A stretch of DNA of 64,000 bases from Myxococcales bacterium (GTDB taxonomy: Bacteria > Myxococcota_A > Polyangia > JAAYKL01). The notes beneath the pieces are model-generated. The model saw only the letters and a program-made list of their open reading frames with translations, was not told where the DNA came from and made no database searches. Position numbers and translations under genes: made by a program. The stretch lies in the NCBI GenBank assembly GCA_012522445.1, contig JAAYKL010000003.1, positions 4,711 through 68,710 on the forward strand. The letters run 5' to 3'. The stretch's first letter is position 1. Each line of letters begins with the position of its first letter. Of this stretch, positions 17,400 to 27,288 are shown piece by piece.

Positions 17400-20300
17400 G
17401 TGCGCAAGCGCTGGATTCAGATATTGCTGGTCCTGTTGTCGCTCATCGCCGCAACGGTGATCGGGGCGCTGATCTTTGTCACCTCGCAGACGGGTTCGCA
17501 GTGGCTCTCCCGGCGCCTGGACGAAGGCCTGGAGAAGGAGAGCGGCCTGAGCGTGGCCTTTTCGGACATCGACATCCACTGGCTGCCGCCGCGCCTCATC
17601 GTGCGCGATTTGCAGGTGGGCGATCGGCAGAAGCGCCTGCAGTGCACGATAGCCGACGCCGAGATCTCCCTGGCGCCCTTGCCCTTGCTCCGCGGTGCGC
17701 TGCGCGTCGAGGAACTCTACCTGGGTTCTCCGGAGTGCACGGCGGAGCTCGACAGCGCGGCCTTCGACAAATTCTTCGCCGACGACGGCACCTCCGCCCA
17801 GGCCGAGAAGCTCGACTTGTCTCAACTGCCCAACTTCGAGGTCTTCGCCCTGAGCGAGGGGAATTTCAAAATCGACGTGCGCGACAAAGAGACCCAGCGC
17901 CTGGTGCAAATCGAACTCAACGGCCTCTCCCTGGACGTCACCAGCAGCGAACAAGACAAGGCCAAGCGCATCGAGGTGCGCGCCCTGCTGCGGCATATGA
18001 AAGCCGGGCTCCACACCCCCGAAGAACCCGCGCTGCAAGAAGAGCTGCGCGACCTGGAGTGGCGCATGTCCCTCAGCGAGGACGGCATCGACTTTCGCAC
18101 GCTGTCCGCCGAAGTCAGCGGCATTGCGCTGCGGGCCCGCGACGTGTACCTGCCCTTGCCTCTCAAGGACGAGCGCGAGATCAAGGCCGCCTTTGTGCAC
18201 GTGGACGGTCCCCTGGACGTGCTGAACCGCCTGCCCTTGGGGCTGCCGAGGATCAGCGGTGCGGCGGGTTTCAAGGGCCAGGCCACCGTTCGCCCCACTG
18301 CGGAGTCGCCGGTGTTTTCGGCCCGCGGGAGCATCTGGCTGCGAGATGGCCAGGTCGACGACTTTGTCATCGGTGACTTGGCGGCCACGGTGGTGGCGTC
18401 CCAGCGCGGGGTTTCCTTTGGCGCCCTGAAGCTCGTCAGCGCGCGCGGCGAGATCACCGGCGAGGGTGAGGTGGCCTTTGACGCACAGCAGTCCGTGTTC
18501 CTCGACCTGCACCTGCGCGACATCGAGCTGGCCCAACTGCTGGAGAACGTCACCCTGGACAACCCCTGGGTGATGCTGCGGATCAGCGGCGACGTGAAGG
18601 TGGAGGGGCGGCTCAACGATCTGGCGCTCCAGACCCAAGTGCGCCTCAACGCCCAAGACCTCCGGGTGTTTGATCGCAGTTGGCAGAACCCCCGGCGGGA
18701 CCAAGTGCTGCACCTCAAGCAAGCGGGGGTCACGGGCCGCCTCCACATCACCGACAAGGCGTTGACCGCCCAAGATCTGCAGGTGCGCACCGCGAACTCG
18801 GCCCTGAGCGTGGGCATGAAGTTTGGCTTTGGCGAGCAGGACGGCTGGCAAGTGGGCGTCCGTTCGAAGCAGACCGACTTGGCGGACCTGGGCGAAATCA
18901 TCGGCCTGAAAATCGCCGGGCAGGGCGCGCTGGAAACCCAGATCATCTCCCACCGCTACAACGCGCCGCGGGTGCGGGGCAGCCTGTCGATGTCGCGCTT
19001 TGCGCTGGCGGGACTTCCCTTTCACAACGTGCGCGCCAAGGTGAGCTTTGACCGGGACATCCTGTCCTTCTCTGATCTGCAAATCGAGACACCCAAGAGC
19101 CGCTACGGCACCGAAGAGCTGCGCATCGACCTGCGCGGGAAGACGCCGCGCATCGAGAGCCGCGTCGCCATTGAGCAAGCGGCGGTGGAGGACCTGCTGC
19201 GCACCTTTGGCGTAGATGCCAAGCCCTTTGGCGCGCCGGCGGGGAACATCAATGGCACCGTGGAGGTCGCGTGGCAGGGCACCCCCGACAGCCTGAACAT
19301 CACCGCTGACCTGGCGCACTCCGGGCTCACCTTGTTCGGCGAAGTCTTTGGCGCGGGCAGCGCGGTCTTCGACGTGGATGGCGGCGACATTCGCATTCAG
19401 CGCTTCGACATGCGCAAAGGGCCGGGCAAGCTCTCCCTCAGCGGCAGCATCCAACGCGACAATGCCCTGAACCTCATGCTGGACGCGGGGAACATCGCCA
19501 TTGAAGACATCGTCTTTCCCGCGGTGAGCGACTTGGAGCTCCAGGGTCGCGGCCACCTCTTTGCCGCCATTGAAGGCACCCTGGACGAGCCCCGGGGCGT
19601 GCTGGTCTTGCAGCTCCGCAAACTGCGGCGCCATGAATTCGACATCGGCACGGCCGCCCTCAACTGCGACATCGTGGGCCTGGGCCTGGACTGCACCGGG
19701 GACGTGGCCAACGCACGCCTCAAAGTGAAGACGGGGCGCGTCGACTTCGACAGGCAGCACTTTGACCTAAAGGCCGAGGTGAACAACATGGACCTGGCGC
19801 CGCTGTTTTACGATGCCGCACCCAAAGACGCCGCGTCGGCGAAGGTGTCGGGGCAACTGGATTTGTCGGGCACTTGGCAGGGGCAGACGGACATCAACGG
19901 CGACATACAACTGTCCAAGGTCGCGCTGCGCTACCAGCAATTTCGGCTGCACAACCAGGCCCCCGTGCACATCCGCGTCCAGTCCAGCGAGATGCAGATC
20001 GTCCGCACGCCCTTCGGCGGAGAGGACGTCGCCTTGCAGGTAGAGGGGCATGTCTCGCCCCAGCACATGAACATCAAGCTCGACGGCGACATGGACTTGC
20101 GCGGCGCGGCGGCCCTCGCACCGGCGTTGCGCAAGAGCAGCGGCCACCTGGGGTTTCAGCTCTCGGTCTTCGGTCCCTGGTCGCAGGTGGGCATCCAGGG
20201 CAACGCGCAGATCGACAAGGCCAGCGCGCACATCGACGGCCTGCCCGACCCCATCACCGACATCAACGGGCGCATCGACTTCAACGGGCGCAAGGCCTAC

Positions 20301-21383
20301 TTCCGCGAGATCTCGGCCCGGAGCGCTGGGGGCATCATCGACATCGACGGCCAGGTGTCGCTGTCGGGCATGGAGATCGAGGACTACCGTTTCCGCGGGT
20401 TTTTGACCCACTACCGCGTCTCCCTGATGGACGGCCTGCTGCTGCGCATCTCCACGGCCAAAGAGGGCCTCATCATCACGCCGGATCCCCAACGGCAGTT
20501 GCCCCACATCACCGGTGACATCGAGGTCTCCGACTTCCGCTACACCCAAGACATCCGCATCATCGAGGTATCGGACCTGGCCTTGGACCGGCTGGCGGGC
20601 AAGAAGATGCGCGCCCACACCCCCAAGATTTTCGACCGCAAAAAGGACAGCCTGACCTACGACATCCGCTTGCACGGCGATCGCAATCTGCTGCTGCGCA
20701 ACAACTTGGTCGACGCCAGCTTGCGCATCGACGACAAGGAAGAACCCCTGCGCCTCGTCGGCAGCAACCAAACCTACGGCTTCTTGGGGCGGGTGTTCGC
20801 CCAGAAGGGCAGCGTGCGCTTTGCCGGCAAGACCTTTGATATCCGCGACGCCCACGTCACCTTTCGCGACGCCATGCGGCCGGACAACCCGGAGTTTCGC
20901 GTCACCGCCGACGTCGAGGTGCGGGACTGGCGCGTGACGGTGATCGCCGAGGGCACCGTGGAGGAATACCAGGTGCGTTTAAGCGCGTCGCCCTACCTCT
21001 CTCACGAAGACGTGGCCTTCTTGCTGCTCACCGGCATGACGCGATCCGAGCACGCGCAAAACAAGAGCCAGGGGTTGTCGGGATCGCTGGCGCCCATCTT
21101 GGGCAATGTGGGCGGCGGCATCATCCCGGTGGAGGTGTCGCTGTACAGCGAGTATTCGGAGAAGGCCGGCACCGATACCACGCGGGTGGCCTTGGGACGC
21201 CGCATCACGAAGGACATTTGGGTGCAGCTCGCCGCCAGCCTGGGCGAAGACCGGGAGCTGGAGGGCACGATTGACTACCGCATTAATGATAATTTTTCGC
21301 TCTCGTTTGGGTACGATAACACCCGGGATTCTAGCCAGGTGGGGAACTTCGGTCTCGACCTGAAGTTTCGATTGGAGTTTTGA
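17400..21383 (+). CDS. tamB: Translocation-and-assembly-module subunit TamB (AsmA-like/DUF490 giant periplasm-spanning protein)
   Basis: 1327 aa. N-terminal signal anchor MRKRWIQILLVLLSLIAATVIGALIFV. Long beta-rich body. C-terminal DUF490-like ...NFGLDLKFRLEF. GTG start. Confidence 0.75.
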   Translation: MRKRWIQILLVLLSLIAATVIGALIFVTSQTGSQWLSRRLDEGLEKESGLSVAFSDIDIHWLPPRLIVRDLQVGDRQKRLQCTIADAEISLAPLPLLRGALRVEELYLGSPECTAELDSAAFDKFFADDGTSAQAEKLDLSQLPNFEVFALSEGNFKIDVRDKETQRLVQIELNGLSLDVTSSEQDKAKRIEVRALLRHMKAGLHTPEEPALQEELRDLEWRMSLSEDGIDFRTLSAEVSGIALRARDVYLPLPLKDEREIKAAFVHVDGPLDVLNRLPLGLPRISGAAGFKGQATVRPTAESPVFSARGSIWLRDGQVDDFVIGDLAATVVASQRGVSFGALKLVSARGEITGEGEVAFDAQQSVFLDLHLRDIELAQLLENVTLDNPWVMLRISGDVKVEGRLNDLALQTQVRLNAQDLRVFDRSWQNPRRDQVLHLKQAGVTGRLHITDKALTAQDLQVRTANSALSVGMKFGFGEQDGWQVGVRSKQTDLADLGEIIGLKIAGQGALETQIISHRYNAPRVRGSLSMSRFALAGLPFHNVRAKVSFDRDILSFSDLQIETPKSRYGTEELRIDLRGKTPRIESRVAIEQAAVEDLLRTFGVDAKPFGAPAGNINGTVEVAWQGTPDSLNITADLAHSGLTLFGEVFGAGSAVFDVDGGDIRIQRFDMRKGPGKLSLSGSIQRDNALNLMLDAGNIAIEDIVFPAVSDLELQGRGHLFAAIEGTLDEPRGVLVLQLRKLRRHEFDIGTAALNCDIVGLGLDCTGDVANARLKVKTGRVDFDRQHFDLKAEVNNMDLAPLFYDAAPKDAASAKVSGQLDLSGTWQGQTDINGDIQLSKVALRYQQFRLHNQAPVHIRVQSSEMQIVRTPFGGEDVALQVEGHVSPQHMNIKLDGDMDLRGAAALAPALRKSSGHLGFQLSVFGPWSQVGIQGNAQIDKASAHIDGLPDPITDINGRIDFNGRKAYFREISARSAGGIIDIDGQVSLSGMEIEDYRFRGFLTHYRVSLMDGLLLRISTAKEGLIITPDPQRQLPHITGDIEVSDFRYTQDIRIIEVSDLALDRLAGKKMRAHTPKIFDRKKDSLTYDIRLHGDRNLLLRNNLVDASLRIDDKEEPLRLVGSNQTYGFLGRVFAQKGSVRFAGKTFDIRDAHVTFRDAMRPDNPEFRVTADVEVRDWRVTVIAEGTVEEYQVRLSASPYLSHEDVAFLLLTGMTRSEHAQNKSQGLSGSLAPILGNVGGGIIPVEVSLYSEYSEKAGTDTTRVALGRRITKDIWVQLAASLGEDRELEGTIDYRINDNFSLSFGYDNTRDSSQVGNFGLDLKFRLEF

Positions 21384-21388
21384 CGGCG

Positions 21389-24300
21389 ATGCACGGGCAG
21401 CCACAGCAACAACGGCACCAGCCAAGAGGGCGACAAACGCCGGTTCGTCCGCAACGGCAGCGGCGCGGGGCGCGTTGTCGTGGGGCGGTGCGGTGCGTTG
21501 TCGCGGCGCTGTGTGTCGTCGCGGTGTCGTTGGCGATGCCGGTGTCGGGCTTGTCTGCGGAGCCCCAGGTTCCCCCCATGCCCCCCGAACTGGTGGAGCT
21601 CTTCGATTGGCTCGACACGCCCCTGCCCGGTGAGGACGAGGTCACCCCGGACGCGCTGCCGGATGGGGTTGCGTCGCTGCTGGGACTGCGCCTGCAGAAG
21701 GTGGAGATGCGCCGGCCCCAGGCGGGCTTCGACCCGGTGGCGGACATGCGCTTGACGCCGGGAACGGTGCTGAACCGCCACGTCATTCGCCAGGCCGTGC
21801 TGCGCCTGTGGGAGAGCGGCAAGTACCGCGACATCCAGCTCTACGGGCAGCGCACCGCCGACGACAAGGCCGTGCTGCAGCTCGAAGTGACGCCCCTCTA
21901 CCGCATCGGCCGCGTCGCCATCTCGGGCAACGCCGCCCTGGACGAAGCCGTCATCCGGCGCGCCATCGGCTACACCCCGGGGCTCCCCGTCAACCCGGAC
22001 ACCCAGCAATTGATCCGGTGGCGCGAGCGCCTGCTCTCCACCTATCAACTGCGCGGCTACCACCAGACCACCGCGGTGCTCCGGTTGGAGACCACCGAAT
22101 CTCCGGGCACCCTGGCGCTCATCGTCACCATTGCGGAAGGGGCGCCCGATGTGTACACCCGCGTGCAGTTGCTGGGCCTGCCTCCGGAGCTTGACGCCGA
22201 CGCGCTGCGGCACCAAGCGTCGCTGCGCCGTCACATTCTCCGGGACGCCGAACGCGTCGAGGAGGGGTTGAAGCAGTTGCGCGAAGCCCTATCCGATGCG
22301 GGATATCTCGACGCCCAGATCGTCGAAACGCCCCTGGAAAAACCCGTGGGTCCCAACCGCTTTGAGTTGCTGGTACGGCTCGACACCGGGCTGCGCACCG
22401 CGGTGCAGTACGCGGGGCTGCGGCGGTTGTCGCCCAACGAACTCACCGAGGAGCTGAAGCGCCGCGATGTGCTGCGCACCACGCCGGACGCCCTGCACGC
22501 GGCCGCGCTCGTCCTGCGCCAATACGCCCGCAAAAATGGACTGCTCCACGCCACGGTGCGCGCCGAACGCCTGTGTCACGTTTCGGAACAGCGGAGCTTG
22601 CGCGTGAGCGCGGCGCAATCTTGTCCCGCCAAGAGCAACGGGCAAACAATCGTTTTTCATGTGGCCGAGGGCGCGCCGGTGACCGTGGACGCCATCCGCA
22701 TTGAGGGCAATTTGTTTTTGACGGAGGTGCAAATCGCCACCGAGGTGTACGCGTGGATGGCGGAGCGCAACAGCCGCCGCAGCACCCTGAACCGCTTTTC
22801 GAGCCAGAGCCTAGACGACATCTCGCTGCGCTCCCGGAGCGCGCAATCTGCGCTGCCGCCGCGGGGCACCCGCATCACCAACGACATCGGCGACCGCACC
22901 TACGTGCCCGAACTCTACCAAGAGGTGACGCGTTACATCGGCGGTCTCTACCAGGAGAAGGGCTTCCTCAAATCGGCGGTGTCCCACGACTGTCACCTGG
23001 ATTCTCGCCCGGCCTTGCAGCACAATCACCGCACCTATCGACCGTTTCGATTAGACGACGTCGGCTTCTCCGGGGGTGATCGCGAGGCGCCCTGTCTCTT
23101 CATCTCCGCAGACGGGCAGTCGCTCATCGCCGTGTTTCGCGTCGAGGAGAACACCCAAACCCTGCTGAGCGACATCCACTGGCACGGCCACGAAGACGGC
23201 GTCTTTTCTGCGGACGACCTGCAGCGCATCGGCGGGCTCAACAACGGGGAGCCCTATAATGAATACAATCTGCGCCAGGCGGTGGAGAACGTCCGCCGCG
23301 CCTACGCCGAAAAGGGCTACCTCTTCACCGACATCGCGTGGAACGCCGAGGTCTCGGAGGACGAAAGGCACGCCGCCGCCACCATCGAGATCCGCCAGGG
23401 GCCGCAGGTTATTTTGCAGGACATTATCATCCACTCCGAGCAGACGCGGCAGCGCCTCATCGCCAACAACTTGGGCCTGAAGGTGGGCGCGCCCATTACG
23501 CCGTCGGCCCTGAGCAATGCCGAGCGGCGCCTGATGGACATGGGGCTGTTCAGCTCCGCCACCGTGAAGATGCAATCGGCCCAAACCGTGTCCGCCGAGA
23601 AGATCGTCGAGGTCACCGTGGTGGACCGCAAACCGCAATACCTGGAGCTGCGCGGCGGCTTTGCCACCGAGGAGGGTGTGCGCGCGGGCTTTCAATACGG
23701 GCACCGCAACATCATGGGCTTGGGCCTCGGCTTTCGCCTGATTTTGCGCGGCAACTACCGCGTGTGGTTCCTGGGACCGGAAGGCGCCGAGTTCGAGCGC
23801 GATCTCGAGCAGCGCTTCGACCGCTACAACAGAACCGCCAAGGACCCCATCCCGCGCACCTTCTCCAAGCTGGAGTGGCGCTTCTTGACCGGCCTCAACA
23901 GCCGCATCATTCCGGGGACGCGGGGCTTCCTCGGTGTTGGCGCCGACGTGTTGTTTCGCAACCTCAACCGCCGCGGTTACAGCGCCCTCACCATGAGCCC
24001 GGCCCTGCGGTTCCACACCAATTTCCCGCGCGTCTTTCCCGTCGAGCTGCGCACGGCGGTGGAGGGCAGCATTGTCATCCCCTCTACGCTTGAGCGCAGC
24101 ACCGCCAGCAATGTCCTGGATCAATTCTTTCGCATGCCTTCGGGGCGCGCCTACTTCTGGGTGTCCACCCTCACCCTGAGCCTCGACCTGCGCGACAACT
24201 CCCTCAACCCCAAGAGCGGCTTCATGGCGCGGCTAAACGCCGATTATGTCCAGACCATCGGCGACGACCAAAACCGCACCATCGAAACCGTGGACGAGGC

Positions 24301-24874
24301 GGGCGAGGCGGTGCGCACGCGCATCGTCCGGCGCTCTCAGTACATCAAGCCGCAGCTCACCCTGTCGGGATACGTGCCCCTGGGCAGCACGCGCAACGTC
24401 TTGGCGCTCTCGGGTTCGGCGGGCTACATCTTTCACCTGCAGCGCAACTCCGTCGCCTGGGCCGACCGCTACTTTTACATGGGCGGCGTCTCCAGCCTGC
24501 GCGGCTTCGCGGCGGACTCCGTCGTCGCCCAAGACATCTACGATTCCGTGGGCAAGGACCCCGCCTTCGATCAGACCGCGGGCTACGGCGGCGAGAGCAT
24601 GCTGGTGCTGCGCACCGAGATCCGCCACGACTTCGGTGGCAACATCATCGGCGTGCTCTTTGGCGAGGCGGGAAACATCTGGCGCGACGGCAGCAACTTT
24701 TTGCAAAACAAGCGCGGCGCGTTTGCCCCCTGGATGCTGCGTCCGGTGGCGGGCGCTGGCGTGCATTACGACACCCCGGTGGGGCCCATCGCCTTCGACG
24801 TGGGCTTCAATTTGAACAAGCGCTCCTTCGAGCCCCTGGCCGCTTGGTACTTCAGCATCGGCGCCGCTTTTTAA
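21389..24874 (+). CDS. Omp85-family outer-membrane protein (TamA/BamA-like) with extended POTRA-containing N-terminal region
   Basis: About 1160 aa. Signal peptide. C-terminal Bac_surface_Ag-like barrel ending ...AAWYFSIGAAF (terminal Phe). Start overlaps the tamB stop. Confidence 0.75.
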   Translation: MHGQPQQQRHQPRGRQTPVRPQRQRRGARCRGAVRCVVAALCVVAVSLAMPVSGLSAEPQVPPMPPELVELFDWLDTPLPGEDEVTPDALPDGVASLLGLRLQKVEMRRPQAGFDPVADMRLTPGTVLNRHVIRQAVLRLWESGKYRDIQLYGQRTADDKAVLQLEVTPLYRIGRVAISGNAALDEAVIRRAIGYTPGLPVNPDTQQLIRWRERLLSTYQLRGYHQTTAVLRLETTESPGTLALIVTIAEGAPDVYTRVQLLGLPPELDADALRHQASLRRHILRDAERVEEGLKQLREALSDAGYLDAQIVETPLEKPVGPNRFELLVRLDTGLRTAVQYAGLRRLSPNELTEELKRRDVLRTTPDALHAAALVLRQYARKNGLLHATVRAERLCHVSEQRSLRVSAAQSCPAKSNGQTIVFHVAEGAPVTVDAIRIEGNLFLTEVQIATEVYAWMAERNSRRSTLNRFSSQSLDDISLRSRSAQSALPPRGTRITNDIGDRTYVPELYQEVTRYIGGLYQEKGFLKSAVSHDCHLDSRPALQHNHRTYRPFRLDDVGFSGGDREAPCLFISADGQSLIAVFRVEENTQTLLSDIHWHGHEDGVFSADDLQRIGGLNNGEPYNEYNLRQAVENVRRAYAEKGYLFTDIAWNAEVSEDERHAAATIEIRQGPQVILQDIIIHSEQTRQRLIANNLGLKVGAPITPSALSNAERRLMDMGLFSSATVKMQSAQTVSAEKIVEVTVVDRKPQYLELRGGFATEEGVRAGFQYGHRNIMGLGLGFRLILRGNYRVWFLGPEGAEFERDLEQRFDRYNRTAKDPIPRTFSKLEWRFLTGLNSRIIPGTRGFLGVGADVLFRNLNRRGYSALTMSPALRFHTNFPRVFPVELRTAVEGSIVIPSTLERSTASNVLDQFFRMPSGRAYFWVSTLTLSLDLRDNSLNPKSGFMARLNADYVQTIGDDQNRTIETVDEAGEAVRTRIVRRSQYIKPQLTLSGYVPLGSTRNVLALSGSAGYIFHLQRNSVAWADRYFYMGGVSSLRGFAADSVVAQDIYDSVGKDPAFDQTAGYGGESMLVLRTEIRHDFGGNIIGVLFGEAGNIWRDGSNFLQNKRGAFAPWMLRPVAGAGVHYDTPVGPIAFDVGFNLNKRSFEPLAAWYFSIGAAF

Positions 24875-24928
24875 GCCGTCGCGATCACCCGTGGGCAGGG
24901 CAGGGGTATCGGAAATCTGGCAGGGCGG

Positions 24929-24957
24929 TTGACGCGGGCACAACATGGTCTTAGAGT
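24929..24957 (+). promoter_or_regulatory. Candidate sigma70 promoter (TTGACG, 17 nt spacer, TAGAGT)
   Basis: Lies about 40 nt upstream of the ATG at 24997. AGGAG sits 8 nt before that ATG. Confidence 0.35.
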
Positions 24958-24996
24958 TTTTTCATGAATTTCCCGCACACCTCAGGAGACACCGGC

Positions 24997-25617
24997 ATGG
25001 CGCCAACCTCTGTTTTTCGCATCGTTGCGCTGAGCATCCTTGGCCTCTGGGCGGCCCTGTTTGGTTACGCCACCCCGGCGTGGGCCGAGACCGAGGCTGA
25101 AACCGCGGCGCAAACCGCAACCGAAACAGATGACCTCGACGACGCCCTGTTCGGCGACGACCCCGACCCCGCAAATCGAGATGACGACGCCCCATTCGAC
25201 CCCGACCCCACAGGGGACATCCCATTGCCCGATCCAACCCCCGGCCCCGTAGCGGCGGCGACACTGACGCCCCTGCCAAGCCCAGGACCTCCGCCCGCCT
25301 TCTGGGCCCTGGCATCGGTCACCGGCGTTGGGCTCGTGTCGGGAACGGTGTTCGGCATCAGCGTGCTGCGCGACGAGCGCGATTACAAAAAGCACCGCAG
25401 CCCCGCCACCAAGGAGAGCGGTCAGCGCAACGCCATCATCGCCAACATTTCGTTTGGTGTGGCTGCCGGCGCCGCCATTGCCGGCACCATTGTGCTCATC
25501 GCCGACAAGCGCCAGCGCCGAAAACGCGCCGGGCAAACCGCGGAAGCGCGCCCCTTTCACATCGCCCCTGCTGTGGCTGCCGATGGCGGGGCCCTGTGGT
25601 CGACCTGGCACTTCTGA
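24997..25617 (+). CDS. Hypothetical secreted/membrane protein with acidic Pro-rich region and C-terminal TM plus basic anchor
   Basis: Signal peptide MAPTSVFRIVALSILGLWAALFGYATPAWA. D/E/P-rich region. Two hydrophobic helices, then DKRQRRKR. Confidence 0.45.
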   Translation: MAPTSVFRIVALSILGLWAALFGYATPAWAETEAETAAQTATETDDLDDALFGDDPDPANRDDDAPFDPDPTGDIPLPDPTPGPVAAATLTPLPSPGPPPAFWALASVTGVGLVSGTVFGISVLRDERDYKKHRSPATKESGQRNAIIANISFGVAAGAAIAGTIVLIADKRQRRKRAGQTAEARPFHIAPAVAADGGALWSTWHF

Positions 25618-26710
25618 GCCAACGCCGCGCGCCCAACACCCCCAGCCCCACCAACATCGCCATCAACAGAGGCGGCATGGCCGATGTCGCAGCCCCAGAC
25701 CCAGTGACGCCCGGTGCAATGGCGCAGTCGACGAAGGTCGTCAAGATGGGCCCCACGGGCTCTCGCCGGGCGAGGGACGTCCAGGGCGAGTCGCAGAAAT
25801 CGTTTTGCATCGTGCAGCCGGGCTCGTGGGTGAGCCAGGTGTCGGCAAAGGCGGCAAAGCGCCAATCCGGATCGACGAGGGCATCCAGAAAGTCGCGAGA
25901 GGCCAGGGTGGCCGCGCGGACGATGGGCGCATTTTTCTTATCGGTGCAATCGTCCATGCGCATGGAGTGGGCCATGCCGTCGCGCGCTTCGTCGTAGTGG
26001 GCGCTCACGGCGTCGACGAAATTTGTGACGTGGTAGATGCGGTGCAAATCCGCGCTGCGGACGGTGTGTGAGAAGCTGTCTTGCAGGGTGTGCATGGCGT
26101 GGCCGAGATAAAACGCCGGGGCCCACACCGCCACGGAAACCGCGCCGTAAAAGTCGACGTATTCATCGACGTAGATGATGGGGGCGTTGGGGTGAAGCGC
26201 CTTGGCGACGCGCTCTTCTATGCTGCGCACTGCGACGTCCACGGCCGCGACATCACCCGCGGGACCGTCGTGCTGCGGGGCGCGCAAGAAGTGCTCGTGC
26301 TGGTCGCTGGGGTCGGCGTGGTTGATGTACATCGACTGGGTGTGGCTGATGGCGACGCCCTGCAGGTCGGGGAAGCGCGATCCCACCAGCAGGCTAAACG
26401 CGACAAAGCGCTCTCGCTCGTCGGCGAGGTGCAGCCCCGATCGCGGCAGCATTTCATCTGCTAAGCCGCGCCAGTGCTGGCGGGCGGGCAGGGGCACCTG
26501 GCTGGTGTCCAAGTGGCCGTCGGCCAAGAGGTCGGTGAGGGCGTCGGCGGAGATGTCCTCGTGGCATCCGTGGGTGAGGCTGGTGTGGACCGCATAGGCC
26601 CGCAGCGCGCCGGGCGTCAGGACGACGGACAACAGGGCGCCGGTGCACCACAGCCACGCCGCACCGAGGCGCTGAAAGCCGCGGACACGCCGATGCCAAC
26701 CCTGCCTCAC
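25496..26710 (-). CDS. Zinc-dependent phospholipase C / S1-P1 nuclease-fold family protein, secreted
   Basis: Real gene is only the C-terminal 404 codons of the 795-aa ORF. GTG at 26710 overlaps the upstream stop (GTGA). Signal peptide MRQGWHRRVRGFQRLGAAWLWCTGALLSVVLTPGALRAYA. AFYLGHAMHTLQDSFSH closely matches the B. cereus PLC zinc-site motif FYLGLSLHYLGDVNQPMH. C-terminal TM plus RRWLRSAR is followed by a roughly 35-aa Arg/Pro/Gly tail that may be non-coding. Confidence 0.55.
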   Translation of the reverse strand: MRQGWHRRVRGFQRLGAAWLWCTGALLSVVLTPGALRAYAVHTSLTHGCHEDISADALTDLLADGHLDTSQVPLPARQHWRGLADEMLPRSGLHLADERERFVAFSLLVGSRFPDLQGVAISHTQSMYINHADPSDQHEHFLRAPQHDGPAGDVAAVDVAVRSIEERVAKALHPNAPIIYVDEYVDFYGAVSVAVWAPAFYLGHAMHTLQDSFSHTVRSADLHRIYHVTNFVDAVSAHYDEARDGMAHSMRMDDCTDKKNAPIVRAATLASRDFLDALVDPDWRFAAFADTWLTHEPGCTMQNDFCDSPWTSLARREPVGPILTTFVDCAIAPGVTGSGAATSAMPPLLMAMLVGLGVLGARRWLRSARSTTGPRHRQPQQGRCERGALPRFARRVFGAGACRR

Positions 26711-27288
26711 AGCGGCACCTCGATGCCGAAGCTCAGGCGGTATTCGAGACGGCGCAGGGTGGGGGATTCGCGCGCTGGCACGAGCCAGGCCAAGGAGAGG
26801 GGCGCCGCCACCAACGCCACCCCCGAGCGAAAGGGCAACCGGAACACCGCCGGTTCGAGGGCGACAAAGAGCCCGGTGGTGCCCGCCGGATGAAAGGGCG
26901 TGGCGAAGAGCAGGGTGCTGGTGCCCACCACAGCCTTGGCGCACAGGCGCTGGCGAAAGAAGTAGCGGGCCAATCCCAGGCCGATGTTGACGACCCCGGG
27001 CCGCAGCGCGAGCGCGTTGTCGATGGCGAGCCAACTGTCTTGCTCGAAATGCAAAAAGCCCTCCAGGTCGCGGACGCGCAGGCCGACCTCCAGGGCGCCG
27101 CCAAAGCCCGCTGCGGCGTTGGACAGCCCCGGCATATCGGAGAGCAGGGCGCCGTGCAGGAGGAAGCGCATGGGGATGTGGTGGCGGTGCTGGGCGTGAA
27201 CCCCGGTGACCGCCAGGGTCAGGAGGATGCCCAGCAGCTTGACGAGGACAGCGGGGCCCATCCGCGGGCGGCAGCAGCGCGACATCAT
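26707..27288 (-). CDS. Small secreted beta-rich protein, paralog A (possible small OM beta-barrel)
   Basis: Signal peptide MMSRCCRPRMGPAVLVKLLGILLTLAVTGVHA. Clear paralogy with the next gene: GLGLARYFFRQRL..GTSTLLFATPFHPAGTTGLFVALEPAVFRLP versus GLGVGARYFADRMV..GPTILLSRSFRHAPGKVGLFLDWRPAGFRFP. The start ATGATG overlaps the upstream TGA. Confidence 0.45.
   Translation of the reverse strand: MMSRCCRPRMGPAVLVKLLGILLTLAVTGVHAQHRHHIPMRFLLHGALLSDMPGLSNAAAGFGGALEVGLRVRDLEGFLHFEQDSWLAIDNALALRPGVVNIGLGLARYFFRQRLCAKAVVGTSTLLFATPFHPAGTTGLFVALEPAVFRLPFRSGVALVAAPLSLAWLVPARESPTLRRLEYRLSFGIEVPL

Noticed and set aside
17394-19760. 788-aa minus-strand ORF opposite tamB, and 19767..20855 and 21275..22234 opposite tamB and the Omp85 gene
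   Set aside because: Antisense artefacts. The plus-strand genes have signal anchors and conserved C-terminal domains.
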